Source: Novosphingobium sp. | GTDB taxonomy: Bacteria; Pseudomonadota; Alphaproteobacteria; Sphingomonadales; Sphingomonadaceae | DNA length: 58,679 bases | Assembly (NCBI GenBank): GCA_046291115.1 | Contig: JBKBSV010000001.1 | Location: 1 to 58,679, forward strand | Direction: 5' to 3' | Shown here: piece by piece, positions 42,192 through 52,564 of the stretch | How positions within the stretch are numbered: the stretch's first letter is position 1 | How the letters are laid out: the number at the start of each line of letters is the position of its first letter | The notes under the pieces: generated by a model | Seen by the model: only the letters and a program-made list of their open reading frames with translations | Databases searched by the model: none | Told to the model about the DNA's origin: nothing | Program-made: the position numbers and the translations under genes

Positions 42192-42499
42192 TGGTCCTCC
42201 GGATGGAACTGCCTTACCCGCGGAGCGGGGCAGGAATAGAGCGTGTAGCTGGCATAGTAATCGCTGCGCCCGCGGGCCTGGACCCGGGCGTGTTCGGGAT
42301 GGTTGCCCCAGGCGCGGGCGGCCTCTTCGTTCTCCCATTCGGAGATCGCGACAACCTCGCCATCATCGGCCACGAAGCCCTTGATTGAGAGGAAGCCGGG
42401 CTGCGCTGCTGCCAGTTCCTCCATCCGCGCGTTGTCCGCCTCATAGGCGGCGCGGTCGATGTCGGGCCGTTTGCGGTTGCGGAACACGGTGAGGTACAT
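42188..42499 (-). CDS. Antibiotic biosynthesis monooxygenase (ABM) family protein
   Basis: QPGFLS, SEWE, W..HPEH...Q..GR..YY. Confidence 0.9.
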   Translation of the reverse strand: MYLTVFRNRKRPDIDRAAYEADNARMEELAAAQPGFLSIKGFVADDGEVVAISEWENEEAARAWGNHPEHARVQARGRSDYYASYTLYSCPAPRVRQFHPEDQ

Positions 42500-42528
42500 G
42501 GTTGCGATCCTAGCCTGCGCATGGTTGC

Positions 42529-42580
42529 AGCACCACCCCCAACCTCTCCTTTGAAGAGGAGGGGGCCGGGGGGTGGTGCT
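42529..42580. repeat. REP-like nested palindrome
   Basis: AGCACCACCCCC-AA-CCTCTCCT-TTGAAG-AGGAGGGG-GCC-GGGGGGTGGTGCT. Confidence 0.7.
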
Positions 42581-42614
42581 TGCGCAAGTCGCCAATTTTG
42601 GCCAAAGCCCGCAC

Positions 42615-43682
42615 ATGTCATTCAACACCTTCGGCCGTCTGCTGCGTTTCACCACCTGGGGCGAAAGCCACGGGCCGGCGCTGGGCGCCGTGGTCGATGG
42701 CTGCCCGCCGGGAGTGGAAATCAGCGAGGGCGTGATTCAGCCGTTTCTGGATGCGCGCCGTCCGGGCCAATCCCGGTTCACCACCCAGCGGCAGGAACCG
42801 GATGCGGTCCGCATCCTCTCCGGCGTGTTCGAAGGCAAGACCACCGGCACCCCGATTGCGCTGATGATCGAGAATGTCGACCAGCGGTCCAAGGACTATT
42901 CCGAAGTGGCCAGGGCCTATCGCCCCGGCCATGCCGACTATGCCTATGATGCCAAGTACGGTTTCCGCGACTATCGCGGCGGCGGGCGGTCCAGTGCGCG
43001 GGAAACCGCGGCGCGGGTGGCGGCGGGCGCGGTTGCCCGGCTGGTGATACCGGAAGTGGTAATCACCGGCTATGTCTGCGAAATCGGCGGTGACGCGATC
43101 GATATGGCCCATTTCGATGCGGCTGAAATCGGCCACAACGCCTTCTTCTGCCCGGATGCGGCAGCGGCCAGGCGGTGGGAAAAGATCGTTGACGATGCGC
43201 GCAAGGCCGGGTCATCGGTGGGCGCGGTGGTGGAATGTGTCGCCACCGGCGTTCCGGCCGGCTGGGGCGCGCCGCTTTATGGCAAGCTCGATGCGGACCT
43301 GGCCGCTGCGATGATGGGGATCAACGCGGTCAAGGGCGTGGAAATCGGCGATGGCTTTGCCGCCGCACGGCTGACCGGTGAAGGCAATGCCGATCCGATG
43401 CGGCCGGGTGAGGACGGTCCGCAGTTTCTCGCCAATCATGCCGGCGGGATCGCGGGCGGGATCAGCACCGGCCAGCCGGTGGTGGTCCGCGTGGCGTTCA
43501 AGCCGACCAGCTCGATCCTGACCCCGCAGCAGACCATCACCCGCGATGGCGAAGCGGCAGAGATGTTCACCAAGGGCCGCCATGACCCCTGCGTCGGCAT
43601 TCGCGGCGTGCCGGTGGTCGAAGCGATGATGGCCCTGGTGCTGGCCGACCACAAGCTGCTCCACCGGGGCCAGTGCGGCTGA
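42615..43682 (+). CDS. aroC: Chorismate synthase
   Basis: [29 protein letters not shown]. Confidence 0.98.
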   Translation: MSFNTFGRLLRFTTWGESHGPALGAVVDGCPPGVEISEGVIQPFLDARRPGQSRFTTQRQEPDAVRILSGVFEGKTTGTPIALMIENVDQRSKDYSEVARAYRPGHADYAYDAKYGFRDYRGGGRSSARETAARVAAGAVARLVIPEVVITGYVCEIGGDAIDMAHFDAAEIGHNAFFCPDAAAARRWEKIVDDARKAGSSVGAVVECVATGVPAGWGAPLYGKLDADLAAAMMGINAVKGVEIGDGFAAARLTGEGNADPMRPGEDGPQFLANHAGGIAGGISTGQPVVVRVAFKPTSSILTPQQTITRDGEAAEMFTKGRHDPCVGIRGVPVVEAMMALVLADHKLLHRGQCG

Positions 43683-43693
43683 CCTTCGACCTT

Positions 43694-43723
43694 CGTCATT
43701 GCTTCGCTGCGCGGGCAATGACG
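43694..43723. repeat. REP-like palindrome
   Basis: CGTCATTGC-TTCGCTGCGCGG-GCAATGACG. Confidence 0.7.
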
Positions 43724-43742
43724 GGAAAAGGACGGGAACCCG

Positions 43743-44036
43743 ATGAAAATCTACTTCGCGCTGATCCTGGTCTTCGTCGGACTGCTGTGGTGGTTCAACG
43801 GCGCGCGGCAAAAGCGGCTTGATGCCGATCCGGGGCAGCAGGAACTGGCCCGGCTGCTGGTCAGCGCGGCACTGGGGCGCGGGGCCACAGTGCAGCAGGT
43901 CAGGGATCAGCTGGCCCGGATGGCCAAGGGCAGCGCCGAGCGGCGGGTGCGGTTGACCCACGCGGTCATGCTGGTCCGCAGCGAAGCCGCGCCGGACCTT
44001 TACGAGAAGGTGCTGGAGCTTTCGCGCCGGCTTTAG
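43743..44036 (+). CDS. Small membrane-anchored hypothetical protein
   Basis: N-terminal TM; GC-biased codon use; purine-rich upstream sequence. Confidence 0.7.
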   Translation: MKIYFALILVFVGLLWWFNGARQKRLDADPGQQELARLLVSAALGRGATVQQVRDQLARMAKGSAERRVRLTHAVMLVRSEAAPDLYEKVLELSRRL

Positions 44037-46423
44037 CCCCGCAGCACCGCGCCCAGCTTGCCTGCCGCGCCGGTGACCTTCTCGGCAATCGCCTTGAGTT
44101 CGGCCTCGGTATAGCTCTTTTCGCCCGGCTGCATGGTGACTTCGACCGCCAGGCTCTTCTGCCCGTCCGGCACGCCCTGGCCCCGGAAATCGTCGAACAG
44201 CCGCACGGCGACGATGTTGGCCTTGTCACAGCCCTTGATCGCGCGAACCAGATCCCCGGCCGGCAGCGCGGTATCAACCAGGAAGGCAAAGTCGCGAGTC
44301 ACGGCCTGCAGCGCCGGCGGGGCATAGGCGGAGCGGGCAAAACCCGCTGACTTCTTGCCCGGGATGGCATCGAGGAACAGTTCGACCGCCGCCACCGGCA
44401 CGCCCACGTCGAACTGCTTCAGCACTGCCGGGTGGAGCATGCCGAAGCGGGCCAGCACGGTCTTGGGGCCAAGCCGCAAGGTGGCCGACTGGCCGGGGTG
44501 GAACTGCGCGCCCGCCTCGCCCATCACCTGCAGGTTTTCGACCGGCGCACCGGCCTCGGCCAGCAGGGCCAGGGCTTCGGCCTTGGCGTCGAACGCGTCG
44601 AAGACCTGCGCCTTCCCGGTTGCCCAGCCGCGCGGGGTCTTCTCGCCGGCCAGCACCATGCCCAGCGTCAGGCGCTCGTCGCTGTGGCCGCTTGTCCCAC
44701 GTAAGTAACGGCGGCCCAGTTCGAACAGCCGCAGGCCCGAAGCGCCGCGATCGACATTGCGGCGCACCGCGGCCAGCAGGCCGGGGAGCAGCGAGGGGCG
44801 CATCGCCTTCATGTCCTCGCTGATCGGGTTGGCGAGGGTCCAGACCGCGCCGTTACCTTCCGCAAAGGCGGCGGCGTCTGCTTCCGGCAGGAACGACCAG
44901 GTCACCGCTTCGTGGCTGCCGCGCGAGGCGGCGGCGCGGCGCAGGCGGCGCTCCAGCTGCTGGGCCGGGGTTGCGGTCGGCCGGGCCACGCCATCGGCGC
45001 GCGGCAGCGGTGTGCTGGCGATATTGTCGAGTCCGTGGATGCGGACCACTTCTTCGACAAGGTCGGGCGCGTCATCAACATCCGGGCGCCAGCTTGGCAC
45101 GATCACGTTCCAGCGGGCATCGCTGCCGAAGCCGAGCGCGCGCAGGATCGCGCGCTGCTGGTCGTCGGGGATTGCGACGCCGCCCAGTTGCTCGGCCAGG
45201 CCCGGGTCATAGGCGACCACCCTGGTGCCGGCGGGGACTTCGCCCGCGCGGATGATCTCGCTCGGCTCGCCACCGCAGATTTCGACGATCAGCTCGGTCA
45301 GCAGGGCCAGCCCCGCATCGAGAAAGGCCGGATCGACCCCCCGCTCGAACCGCTGGCGTGCATCGGAAGTCAGGCCAAGCTTGCGGCCGGTATCGCCGAT
45401 CCGGGCCGGATCGAAGTAGGCCACTTCCAGCAGGACATCTGTGGTTGTCTCGCTGCAGCCGGAATGCTCGCCGCCCATGATCCCGGCGATGTCGTGCACC
45501 CCATTGTCGTCCGCGATCACGGTCATTTCGGACGTAAGGATATATTCCTTGCCGTTGAGTGCCAGGACAGTCTCGCCGTCCTGCGCGCGGCGGGCGAAGA
45601 TTGCACCCGAAAGCTTGGCCAGATCATAGGCGTGAGCCGGGCGGCCATAGGCCAGCATGACGTAGTTGGTTATGTCGACCAGTGCCGAGATCGGCCGCTG
45701 GCCTGCGCTTGTCAGCCGGTCCTGCAGCCACTTGGGGCTGGCACCGTTCTTCACGCCGCGGATCACCCGGCCATAGAACGCCGGGCAGCCTTCCGGATCG
45801 TCGGTGCGGATCGGCATGGGGCAGGGGAAGAAGCCCGGCACCTGCTGCACCGCGATCGGCTTCAGCGTGCCGAGGCCAGCTGCGGCCAGATCGCGGGCGA
45901 TGCCGTAAACGCCCATGCAGTCCGGCCGGTTGGGGGTGATGGCGACTTCGATCACCGGATCGGCGCCGTGATAGTCGGCAAAGGGCGTGCCGACCGGGGC
46001 GTCGGCGGGCAGTTCGATGATCCCGTCGTGATCCTCGCCCAGCGCCAGTTCGGCGAGCGAGCACATCATGCCGTTCGATTCGACTCCGCGGATCGTGCTT
46101 TTCTTCAGCTCGAACCCGCCGCTTGGTATCACTGCGCCGGGCAGGCCGAGCACACCGATCATCCCGGCGCGGGCATTGGGCGCGCCGCAGACCACCTGCA
46201 GTGGATCGCCCGTCCCGGCATCGACGGTCAGGACCTGCAGCTTGTCGGCATTGGGATGGCGCTCGGCGGTCAGCACCTTGGCAATGGTGAAGCCGGTCAA
46301 CTGCTCGGCCGGGTTTTCGATCCCTTCCACCTCCAGCCCGATGGCGTTGAGCTTCGCAGCGATCTCCTCGACCGTCGCTTCGGTATCGAGATGGTCCTTC
46401 AGCCAGGTCAGCGAGAACTTCAT
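44033..46423 (-). CDS. pheT: Phenylalanine--tRNA ligase beta subunit
   Basis: [35 protein letters not shown]. Confidence 0.98.
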   Translation of the reverse strand: MKFSLTWLKDHLDTEATVEEIAAKLNAIGLEVEGIENPAEQLTGFTIAKVLTAERHPNADKLQVLTVDAGTGDPLQVVCGAPNARAGMIGVLGLPGAVIPSGGFELKKSTIRGVESNGMMCSLAELALGEDHDGIIELPADAPVGTPFADYHGADPVIEVAITPNRPDCMGVYGIARDLAAAGLGTLKPIAVQQVPGFFPCPMPIRTDDPEGCPAFYGRVIRGVKNGASPKWLQDRLTSAGQRPISALVDITNYVMLAYGRPAHAYDLAKLSGAIFARRAQDGETVLALNGKEYILTSEMTVIADDNGVHDIAGIMGGEHSGCSETTTDVLLEVAYFDPARIGDTGRKLGLTSDARQRFERGVDPAFLDAGLALLTELIVEICGGEPSEIIRAGEVPAGTRVVAYDPGLAEQLGGVAIPDDQQRAILRALGFGSDARWNVIVPSWRPDVDDAPDLVEEVVRIHGLDNIASTPLPRADGVARPTATPAQQLERRLRRAAASRGSHEAVTWSFLPEADAAAFAEGNGAVWTLANPISEDMKAMRPSLLPGLLAAVRRNVDRGASGLRLFELGRRYLRGTSGHSDERLTLGMVLAGEKTPRGWATGKAQVFDAFDAKAEALALLAEAGAPVENLQVMGEAGAQFHPGQSATLRLGPKTVLARFGMLHPAVLKQFDVGVPVAAVELFLDAIPGKKSAGFARSAYAPPALQAVTRDFAFLVDTALPAGDLVRAIKGCDKANIVAVRLFDDFRGQGVPDGQKSLAVEVTMQPGEKSYTEAELKAIAEKVTGAAGKLGAVLRG

Positions 46424-47547
46424 GCGCCAACTCCCATAGCCCGGCTCCCCACACCGGCGGAAAGGGTCGGGACGTCAAGCGGTGAGAAGCCGTAGTGCGC
46501 CAGCCAGCGCACGTCGCCATCGAAAAAGGCGCGCAGATCGTCCATCCCGTATTTCAGCATGGCCAGCCGGTCGACCCCGACGCCGAAGGCAAAGCCCTGC
46601 CATTCATCGGGATCAAGGCCGCCAGCGGCAATCACCTTGCGGTTCACCATGCCGCTGCCAAGCAGCTCCATCCAGCCATGGCCGTGCTCGTCCCCGCTGC
46701 CGCCCAGCACGCGCCGGCTCTTTCCATCCGGTCCGCCGACCAGTGCGAAACCGACGTCCACTTCCACCGACGGCTCGGTGAAGGGGAAGTAGCTGGGGCG
46801 CAGCCGCAGGACGATGTCCTCACGCTCGAAATAGGCCTTGAGGAAGGTTTCCAGCGTCCACTTGAGGTGGCCCAGGGTTATGCCCTTGTCGATCACCAGC
46901 CCTTCAACCTGGTGGAACATCGGGGTGTGGGTGGCATCGCTGTCCGAGCGGTAGACCCGGCCCGGGGCGATGATCCGCAGCGGCGCGCCCTGTTGCAGCA
47001 TGGCGCGGATCTGCACCGGACTGGTGTGGGTGCGCAGCAGCATGTCGCGGCCCTCGCCGTCCTTGTCCGGGAAGTAAAAGGTGTCGTGCATCGCCCTGGC
47101 CGGGTGGCTTTCGGGAATGTTGAGCGCGGTGAAATTGTGCCAGTCGTCCTCGATTTCCGGCCCGGTGGCGACGGCAAAACCCATGTCGGCGAAAATCTCA
47201 GCCAGTTCATCCATCACCTGGCTGACCGGGTGAATCGTGCCGCGCGGCGTTTCGGGCGCAGGCAGGGAAAGGTCGATCGTCTCGCTGGCGAGCCGGGCCT
47301 CCAGCGCGGCGCTTTCCAGCGCGGCCTTGGCGGAGGCCAGCGCCACGGTGACAGCTTCGCGCAGGGCGTGGATCTGCGGACCGGCAATCTGGCGTTCGTC
47401 CGGCGACATCGCGCCCAGCGTCTTCAGCAGGCCCGAGATCGAACCCTGCTTGCCCAGAAATTCGACCCTCAAGCCTTCAAGCGCGCCCAAATCCTGCGCG
47501 GCGGCAATACGCGCCAGCGCCTCTTCCCGGGTTGCGGCATAGTCCAC
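46420..47547 (-). CDS. pheS: Phenylalanine--tRNA ligase alpha subunit
   Basis: [38 protein letters not shown]; start uncertain. Confidence 0.97.
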   Translation of the reverse strand: MDYAATREEALARIAAAQDLGALEGLRVEFLGKQGSISGLLKTLGAMSPDERQIAGPQIHALREAVTVALASAKAALESAALEARLASETIDLSLPAPETPRGTIHPVSQVMDELAEIFADMGFAVATGPEIEDDWHNFTALNIPESHPARAMHDTFYFPDKDGEGRDMLLRTHTSPVQIRAMLQQGAPLRIIAPGRVYRSDSDATHTPMFHQVEGLVIDKGITLGHLKWTLETFLKAYFEREDIVLRLRPSYFPFTEPSVEVDVGFALVGGPDGKSRRVLGGSGDEHGHGWMELLGSGMVNRKVIAAGGLDPDEWQGFAFGVGVDRLAMLKYGMDDLRAFFDGDVRWLAHYGFSPLDVPTLSAGVGSRAMGVGA

Positions 47548-47634
47548 TTGTCGAAATTCCACCTGTTGATCCGAAACGAACCCGGCCTTTAGCCAAGGCT
47601 TGGCCGGAGTCAAAAGGGCAATGTGCCGGGAGGT

Positions 47635-48516
47635 TCAGGCCAGGGGCGGCTTGTCCAGGGTCTGCACCGGTGCGCCGTGGGCCTTTAGCCGTTCGTGCAG
47701 GAACCGTTCGAGGACCGGGTGCGGGCGACTGGAATATTCGCGCGGGGACACGCCCATGAATTCCCGGAAGTCGCGCACGAACTGGGCCTGATCGTGATAG
47801 TTGGGGTCCATCGCCCCGATCCACTTGAGCGTGGGATCGAGCATGAACTGCGCCAGGCTGCGCATGAACCGCTGGCGGCGCAGCAGCAGCTTGGGTGCAA
47901 AGCCGAAATGGCGGTGGCACAACCGTTCGACCGTGCGTTGGCTGGCCGCTACCCGGCCGACCAGATCGGCCACTGTCACGACCTCTGGATCGACCAGCGC
48001 GGCATGAATTGCCAGGATGCGCCTTTCTTCGGGCAGAGGATAGGCGCGAAAATCGCGGAAAAAGGTGATGATCCGCTCAAGCTCGGCGGCTTCGTCCGGT
48101 TCCGGCCCGAACAGGCTGTCGGCCAGCGGGCGGAACGGGGCGCAAAGCGGATGGGCATAGCCATCGCAGATCTGGTTCGCGAAGTCGGCCGCGGGCAATC
48201 GGACATAGCGCGCCCACCCGAGCGGGAGAAAACCGAAACCCCACATGCGGGTCTTGGGCATCGAAAAGTGGATCGGATGCAGGGTCGGTCCGGCGGTGTG
48301 AAAGAGGACATTCTCAAGCCGCTGCCCGTCGTCCATCCAGGCAGTCGGCCCTTGCGGCGTAAAGAACCGCATCCCGGCCCATTCCGGATGCAGGCAATCG
48401 TGCAGCAGGCCGTCATCGCCGGGGTCCAGTTCGGTCACATAGAACGTGGTGAAGCAGCCGCGCAGATCCTCTGGCGGCGGATAAAACCGCACCGTCACGG
48501 GATTGGCTTGCGACAC
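47635..48516 (-). CDS. AraC-family (HTH_18) regulator
   Basis: SQRTVERLC..HFGFAPK, YHDQAQFVRDF..FMGVSP. Confidence 0.9.
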   Translation of the reverse strand: MSQANPVTVRFYPPPEDLRGCFTTFYVTELDPGDDGLLHDCLHPEWAGMRFFTPQGPTAWMDDGQRLENVLFHTAGPTLHPIHFSMPKTRMWGFGFLPLGWARYVRLPAADFANQICDGYAHPLCAPFRPLADSLFGPEPDEAAELERIITFFRDFRAYPLPEERRILAIHAALVDPEVVTVADLVGRVAASQRTVERLCHRHFGFAPKLLLRRQRFMRSLAQFMLDPTLKWIGAMDPNYHDQAQFVRDFREFMGVSPREYSSRPHPVLERFLHERLKAHGAPVQTLDKPPLA

Positions 48517-48594
48517 CGAACGACCCCCTCCCCAGGCGGTCAGACTGCCCCAAGCAGCGGGGCAGCGCAAGGCATTGTGCTCAGGGCTGGGCGG

Positions 48595-49485
48595 TCATGG
48601 CTGGTGCAGGGCCTGGACTGCCGCCCCGGCCGCCACTGCGCGGGCCCGCGCGGCAGAACGCAGCACCGGGCGATCCTGTGCGGCATACTGGCTGGGCCGC
48701 ATGGTCATGAAGCGCTGGAAGTCACGCACGAAATGGGCTTGATCGACATAGTGCCAATCCAGCGTGCTGATCCATTTGAGCGAGGGATCAAGCATGAACT
48801 GGGCAAGGCTGCGCAGGAACCGCTGGCGCCGCAGCAGCAGCTTGGGCGAAAAGCCGAAAGCGCGCAGCGACAGCCGCTCAAGCGAGCGAGCGGAAATGCC
48901 GAGCCGGTCGGCAAGGTCGGCGACTGAACTGACCGTTTCGTCCAGCAGTGCGGCGTGGGTCTCGCGGATGCGGGCCTCATCCTCATGCGGCTGGCGGCGT
49001 GCCAGCAGATCAAGCAGGAACGCGTCGATCCGCGCGGCTTCGGCGGCGGGATCGGCCGGTCCGACAAAGACCTGTTCGTGCAGTGGGGCGAAATCGGCAA
49101 AGGGGCCAGCCGCCGTGCAGGCAATGGTCTGGTCGGCCAGGCGGTTGGCCGGGGCATCGAACAACCGCAGCCAGCCAAGCGGCAGAATCCCGATGCCCCA
49201 GGATCGCATTGGCCCGGTTACGGCAAAGTGCGTGGCAAGGCTTGTCGGCCCGGTGCCAATGATTCGCGGCAGCGGCGAAAGTTCGCCGCTGCCGATCCGG
49301 GCCTGCCATGTCGCGGTATCCGAAAGGCGGACGTTGGCCCATTCCGGGTGCAGCCAATCGCTGACCACTTCGCCCGGCTGAAGCGCAAAATCGGTCATGT
49401 AATAGGTTGAAATATAGGGAGCCAGCTCGGCCGAAGGCATGAAGAACCGCGTCCCTATTGCGTCGTTCAATCCCTGTCTGATCAT
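48595..49485 (-). CDS. AraC-family (HTH_18) regulator, paralog of the neighbouring gene
   Basis: SARSLERL...FGFSPK, YVDQAHFVRDF..FMTMRP. Confidence 0.9.
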   Translation of the reverse strand: MIRQGLNDAIGTRFFMPSAELAPYISTYYMTDFALQPGEVVSDWLHPEWANVRLSDTATWQARIGSGELSPLPRIIGTGPTSLATHFAVTGPMRSWGIGILPLGWLRLFDAPANRLADQTIACTAAGPFADFAPLHEQVFVGPADPAAEAARIDAFLLDLLARRQPHEDEARIRETHAALLDETVSSVADLADRLGISARSLERLSLRAFGFSPKLLLRRQRFLRSLAQFMLDPSLKWISTLDWHYVDQAHFVRDFQRFMTMRPSQYAAQDRPVLRSAARARAVAAGAAVQALHQP

Positions 49486-49561
49486 GCTAGAACCGTGTGC
49501 TTGATCGTGATCGGTACTTGCCCCGGCCAGAAGGGATGCCCTGACTGAGGAAGAGGTTGCC

Positions 49562-50029
49562 TTAGCAAACGGCCGCTTGGCAAGCCCCGGTGCATAATGG
49601 CCAAACCAAAGGCGCGGGAAACGGACCTGCCGTTTCCCGCGCGGGGATTGGGTTGGGCGGCTGCGCGGCGCAGGCCGGCAGGGCAGCCGTGGCCGTTGCG
49701 ATGACGGCTGCGAAAATGCCGCCATAGTTAATCGCCAGATCGGCCATCGCCTTGCGGTCCAGCTCGATCCCGGCCAGCTTGGCGCCGTGGATGAACTGCG
49801 AATAGGACAGGCCTTCGGCACGGACAGCGGCGTTGATGCGCTGGATCCACAGGGCGCGGAAGGTCCGCTTCTTCACCTTGCGGTCGCGATAGGCATATTG
49901 GCCGGCTTTCTCGACCGCCTGACGGGCCACGCGAATGGTGTTCTTGCGGCGACCGCGATAGCCCTTGGCCTGGTCAAGAATCCGCTTGTGCTTGGCTCGG
50001 GTGGTGACACCACGCTTGATACGGCTCAT
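49562..50029 (-). CDS. rplT: 50S ribosomal protein L20 (stop apparently lost; expected end about 49670)
   Basis: [10 protein letters not shown]..., AYRDRK...[16 protein letters not shown]; about 36 extra residues. Confidence 0.95.
   Translation of the reverse strand: MSRIKRGVTTRAKHKRILDQAKGYRGRRKNTIRVARQAVEKAGQYAYRDRKVKKRTFRALWIQRINAAVRAEGLSYSQFIHGAKLAGIELDRKAMADLAINYGGIFAAVIATATAALPACAAQPPNPIPARETAGPFPAPLVWPLCTGACQAAVC
49612..49642 (-). terminator. Terminator hairpin of the rpmI-rplT operon
   Basis: Perfect 13-bp stem GCGCGGGAAACGG-N5-CCGTTTCCCGCGC, followed by CTTTGGTTT on the minus strand. Confidence 0.8.
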
Positions 50030-50042
50030 CTTTCAGTACTCC

Positions 50043-50246
50043 TCAGTTGAGCCCGTAGGGCGCCCACTTCTTGATCGTCTTGGCATCGGCGTCGGAAATG
50101 ACGTCGGTACCGCGATTCTGGCGGATGTACTTGCCGTTGTGGCTGATCAGGCGGTGGCGCTTGCCAGCAACACCGTGCTTCACCTTGCCGGTGGCGGTGA
50201 TCTTGAAGCGCTTCTTCACACCGCTCTTGGTCTTGAGCTTGGGCAT
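50043..50246 (-). CDS. rpmI: 50S ribosomal protein L35
   Basis: [21 protein letters not shown]. Confidence 0.98.
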   Translation of the reverse strand: MPKLKTKSGVKKRFKITATGKVKHGVAGKRHRLISHNGKYIRQNRGTDVISDADAKTIKKWAPYGLN

Positions 50247-50264
50247 TTTCGTCTCCTTTTCAGG

Positions 50265-50344
50265 GACACGTCCGGTCAGCCGTGGCAGCCCTTGATGGCC
50301 AGGCCGATCGTCAGAATCACCCCGGTGGGCAATTCATCCGTGTC
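50265..50344 (-). promoter_or_regulatory. Candidate structured rpmI-rplT leader
   Basis: GACACG...CGTGTC closing stem enclosing a GC-rich internal segment, ending just before the AAGGAG RBS. Confidence 0.4.
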
Positions 50345-50392
50345 GGTTGAAGCGCGCGCCCCTATAGCGGAATCGCCGCAAAGGCAAGCGAT

Positions 50393-50530
50393 TCACGCCT
50401 TGCGAAGGCCGGAAGGTGGTCGCAGCCGGTTTCGGCCAGCCAGCGGCCGGTTGCCCAGATAGGCCTGGGCCACCGGGTTGTCGCTGTCATCCGGCAGGGT
50501 GCCATAAAAATAAAAGAAGGGACGCAGCAG
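50393..50530 (-). pseudogene. Collapsed gamma-glutamylcyclotransferase-like remnant
   Basis: Minus-strand translation LLRPFFYFYGTLPDDSDNPVAQAYLGNRPL...; (F/Y)FYGTL is the GGCT/AIG2 N-terminal motif and AQAY resembles its C-terminal strand. Confidence 0.5.
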
Positions 50531-50658
50531 CGCGGTTGGCCTAGGTCGTCGGCAGCTGAAAGCCCTTTGAACTGCTTCAGGGGCCCGGCGCCCCGGTGCG
50601 AGATCCCATCACGCGCAGACGGTTGCGTTCCGCAGCTGACCGGGCGAGGCTGCGCGCC

Positions 50659-51219
50659 ATGAGCGAATCGTCCAGCCTTGCCGGAAAGTTCCTGCTGGCC
50701 ATGCCGGGAATGGGCGAACCCCGGTTCGATCATGCCGCGATTGCCATGGTCCTCCACGAAGCCGGCGGCGCACTGGGGATCGCCCTGGGCCGCGAACGCG
50801 ACGACCTGGGCCTGCGCGAAATACTGGCGGACCTGAAGATCGATCCCGGCTCCGCGCCCGATCTGCCGGTGCTGGATGGCGGGCCGGTGCAGCAGCAGCG
50901 CGGCTTTGTCCTGCATACGCCCGATTGGCAGGCGCCCGGCACTATCGTCATGGCGGGGCTGTGCGCTTTCTCAAGCTCGTCGGAAGTGCTGCGGGCGATT
51001 GCTGCGGGGCGGGGTCCAAGCCGCTTTCTGGTCGCGCTGGGTTATGTCGGCTGGGCGGCGGGGCAGCTGGACGATGAACTGCGCCGCCATGGCTGGGGCG
51101 TGGTCGATGGCAGCGAGGCGATATTGTGGGACTGCCCGGCCGAAGAGCGCTGGCGGGCCTGCTGGCAATCAGCCGGGATCGATCCGGCGCTGCTGGCCAG
51201 CCAGACCGGGCGGGCCTGA
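50659..51219 (+). CDS. YqgE/AlgH family protein
   Basis: LLAMPGM, GGPV...RGFVLH, LGYVGW..GQL..E. Confidence 0.93.
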   Translation: MSESSSLAGKFLLAMPGMGEPRFDHAAIAMVLHEAGGALGIALGRERDDLGLREILADLKIDPGSAPDLPVLDGGPVQQQRGFVLHTPDWQAPGTIVMAGLCAFSSSSEVLRAIAAGRGPSRFLVALGYVGWAAGQLDDELRRHGWGVVDGSEAILWDCPAEERWRACWQSAGIDPALLASQTGRA

Positions 51220-51238
51220 ACCCGCCCGGCCTTTGGAC

Positions 51239-52564
51239 CTATTCGAACACCGGTCCGGTGCTGCCTTCGCCCTTGGCCTTGCTGGGGTTGTTGACTGCCC
51301 AGATGCCGAAGCTGGCGATGAACAGATAGCACACCGCCGGGACGATCAGCGCAAAGCGCAGATCATGGCTGAAATCCGCCACCAGCCCGAAAGCGACCGG
51401 GATGATCGCCCCGCCGACAATCGCCGTGCACATGATGCCGGACCCTTGCGGGGTCTGTTCGCCCAGCCCTTCGGTACCAAGACTGAAGATGGTCGGGAAC
51501 ATCAGCGAATTGCACAGGCCCACCGCAACCAGCGCCCAGCCGGACAGGGCCCCGGCGCTGACGGCGGACAGCACGATCAGCCCGATCGCGCCGGCGGCAA
51601 AGGCGGTCAGCACCCGGCCCGGCTTGAACAGCCGCAGGATGAAGCCCCCGGCGAGGCGACCAATCAGCGCGCCGAGCCAGTAATAAGCCACCAGCTTGCC
51701 GGCGGCTTCCAGGCCCAGGCCCATGGTCCGCTGATCGCCAAGATAGGCGATCAGGTTGGAGCCGATCGCGACTTCGGCGCCGACATAGGTGAAGATGCCG
51801 AGCGCGCCGAGCTGGACCCGGCGGTTGGATTTCAGCAGATCGAGCGTGCCGGCCACCTGGGCCTTTTCGGCCTTGGCATGGTCCAGACTGCGGCGGAAAG
51901 CCCAGAATACGGCGGCCATGCCCAGCATGACCATGGCCAGCCAGAAATAGGCGTGGCCGATCGAGGCGCCTTGTTCGACCTGATAGGCCTTGATCGCTTC
52001 GGGCGTGGCCGTGGCGGCATCGAAATGGGTTTCCCCGCCCAGCAGCACCGTGGCCCCGCCATAGACCATCAGGAACACGCCGATGGAATTGAACGCCTGG
52101 GCAAAGGTCAGCCGGCTGTGCGCGGTTTCCGGCGGGCCCAGCGTGGTAATGATCGGGTTCATCGCCACCTGCAGCACGGTGATCCCTGCACCGATGAAGA
52201 ACAGCGCGGCCAGGAACCCGCCGTAGGAAGCCGAGGCTGAAGCGGGCACGAACAGCAGCGCCGCGGCTGCCACCATCAGGAAGCCCAGCACGAAAGTGCG
52301 GATATAGCCCAGCCTGGACATCACGATCCCGGCAGGAATCGATACCAGCGCATAGGCGATGAAGAAGGCCATCTGCACCAGATTGGCCTGGGCATGGCTG
52401 AGCTGGAACATGGGTTTGAACTTGCCGACCAGCAGGTCGTTGATGTTGGTCACCCCGCCCAGGATGAAGAACACCGCAAAGGCCAGCAGCAGGACAATCG
52501 TGGTGCCGCCGTCGGTTTTCCCGCTGCCGCCTGCCTGTCCTGATCCGGTGATCGGTGCCGCCAT
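51239..52564 (-). CDS. Glucose/galactose (FHS family) MFS transporter
   Basis: AFFIAY, LQVAMNP, AQAFNSIG, YVGAEV, NSLMFPTIF. Confidence 0.92.
   Translation of the reverse strand: MAAPITGSGQAGGSGKTDGGTTIVLLLAFAVFFILGGVTNINDLLVGKFKPMFQLSHAQANLVQMAFFIAYALVSIPAGIVMSRLGYIRTFVLGFLMVAAAALLFVPASASASYGGFLAALFFIGAGITVLQVAMNPIITTLGPPETAHSRLTFAQAFNSIGVFLMVYGGATVLLGGETHFDAATATPEAIKAYQVEQGASIGHAYFWLAMVMLGMAAVFWAFRRSLDHAKAEKAQVAGTLDLLKSNRRVQLGALGIFTYVGAEVAIGSNLIAYLGDQRTMGLGLEAAGKLVAYYWLGALIGRLAGGFILRLFKPGRVLTAFAAGAIGLIVLSAVSAGALSGWALVAVGLCNSLMFPTIFSLGTEGLGEQTPQGSGIMCTAIVGGAIIPVAFGLVADFSHDLRFALIVPAVCYLFIASFGIWAVNNPSKAKGEGSTGPVFE

Noticed and set aside
48595-49821. 408-aa AraC ORF overlapping rplT, suggesting a fusion
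   Set aside because: The upstream part is an alternative frame of rplT and crosses a terminator; start at 49485 matches the paralog length
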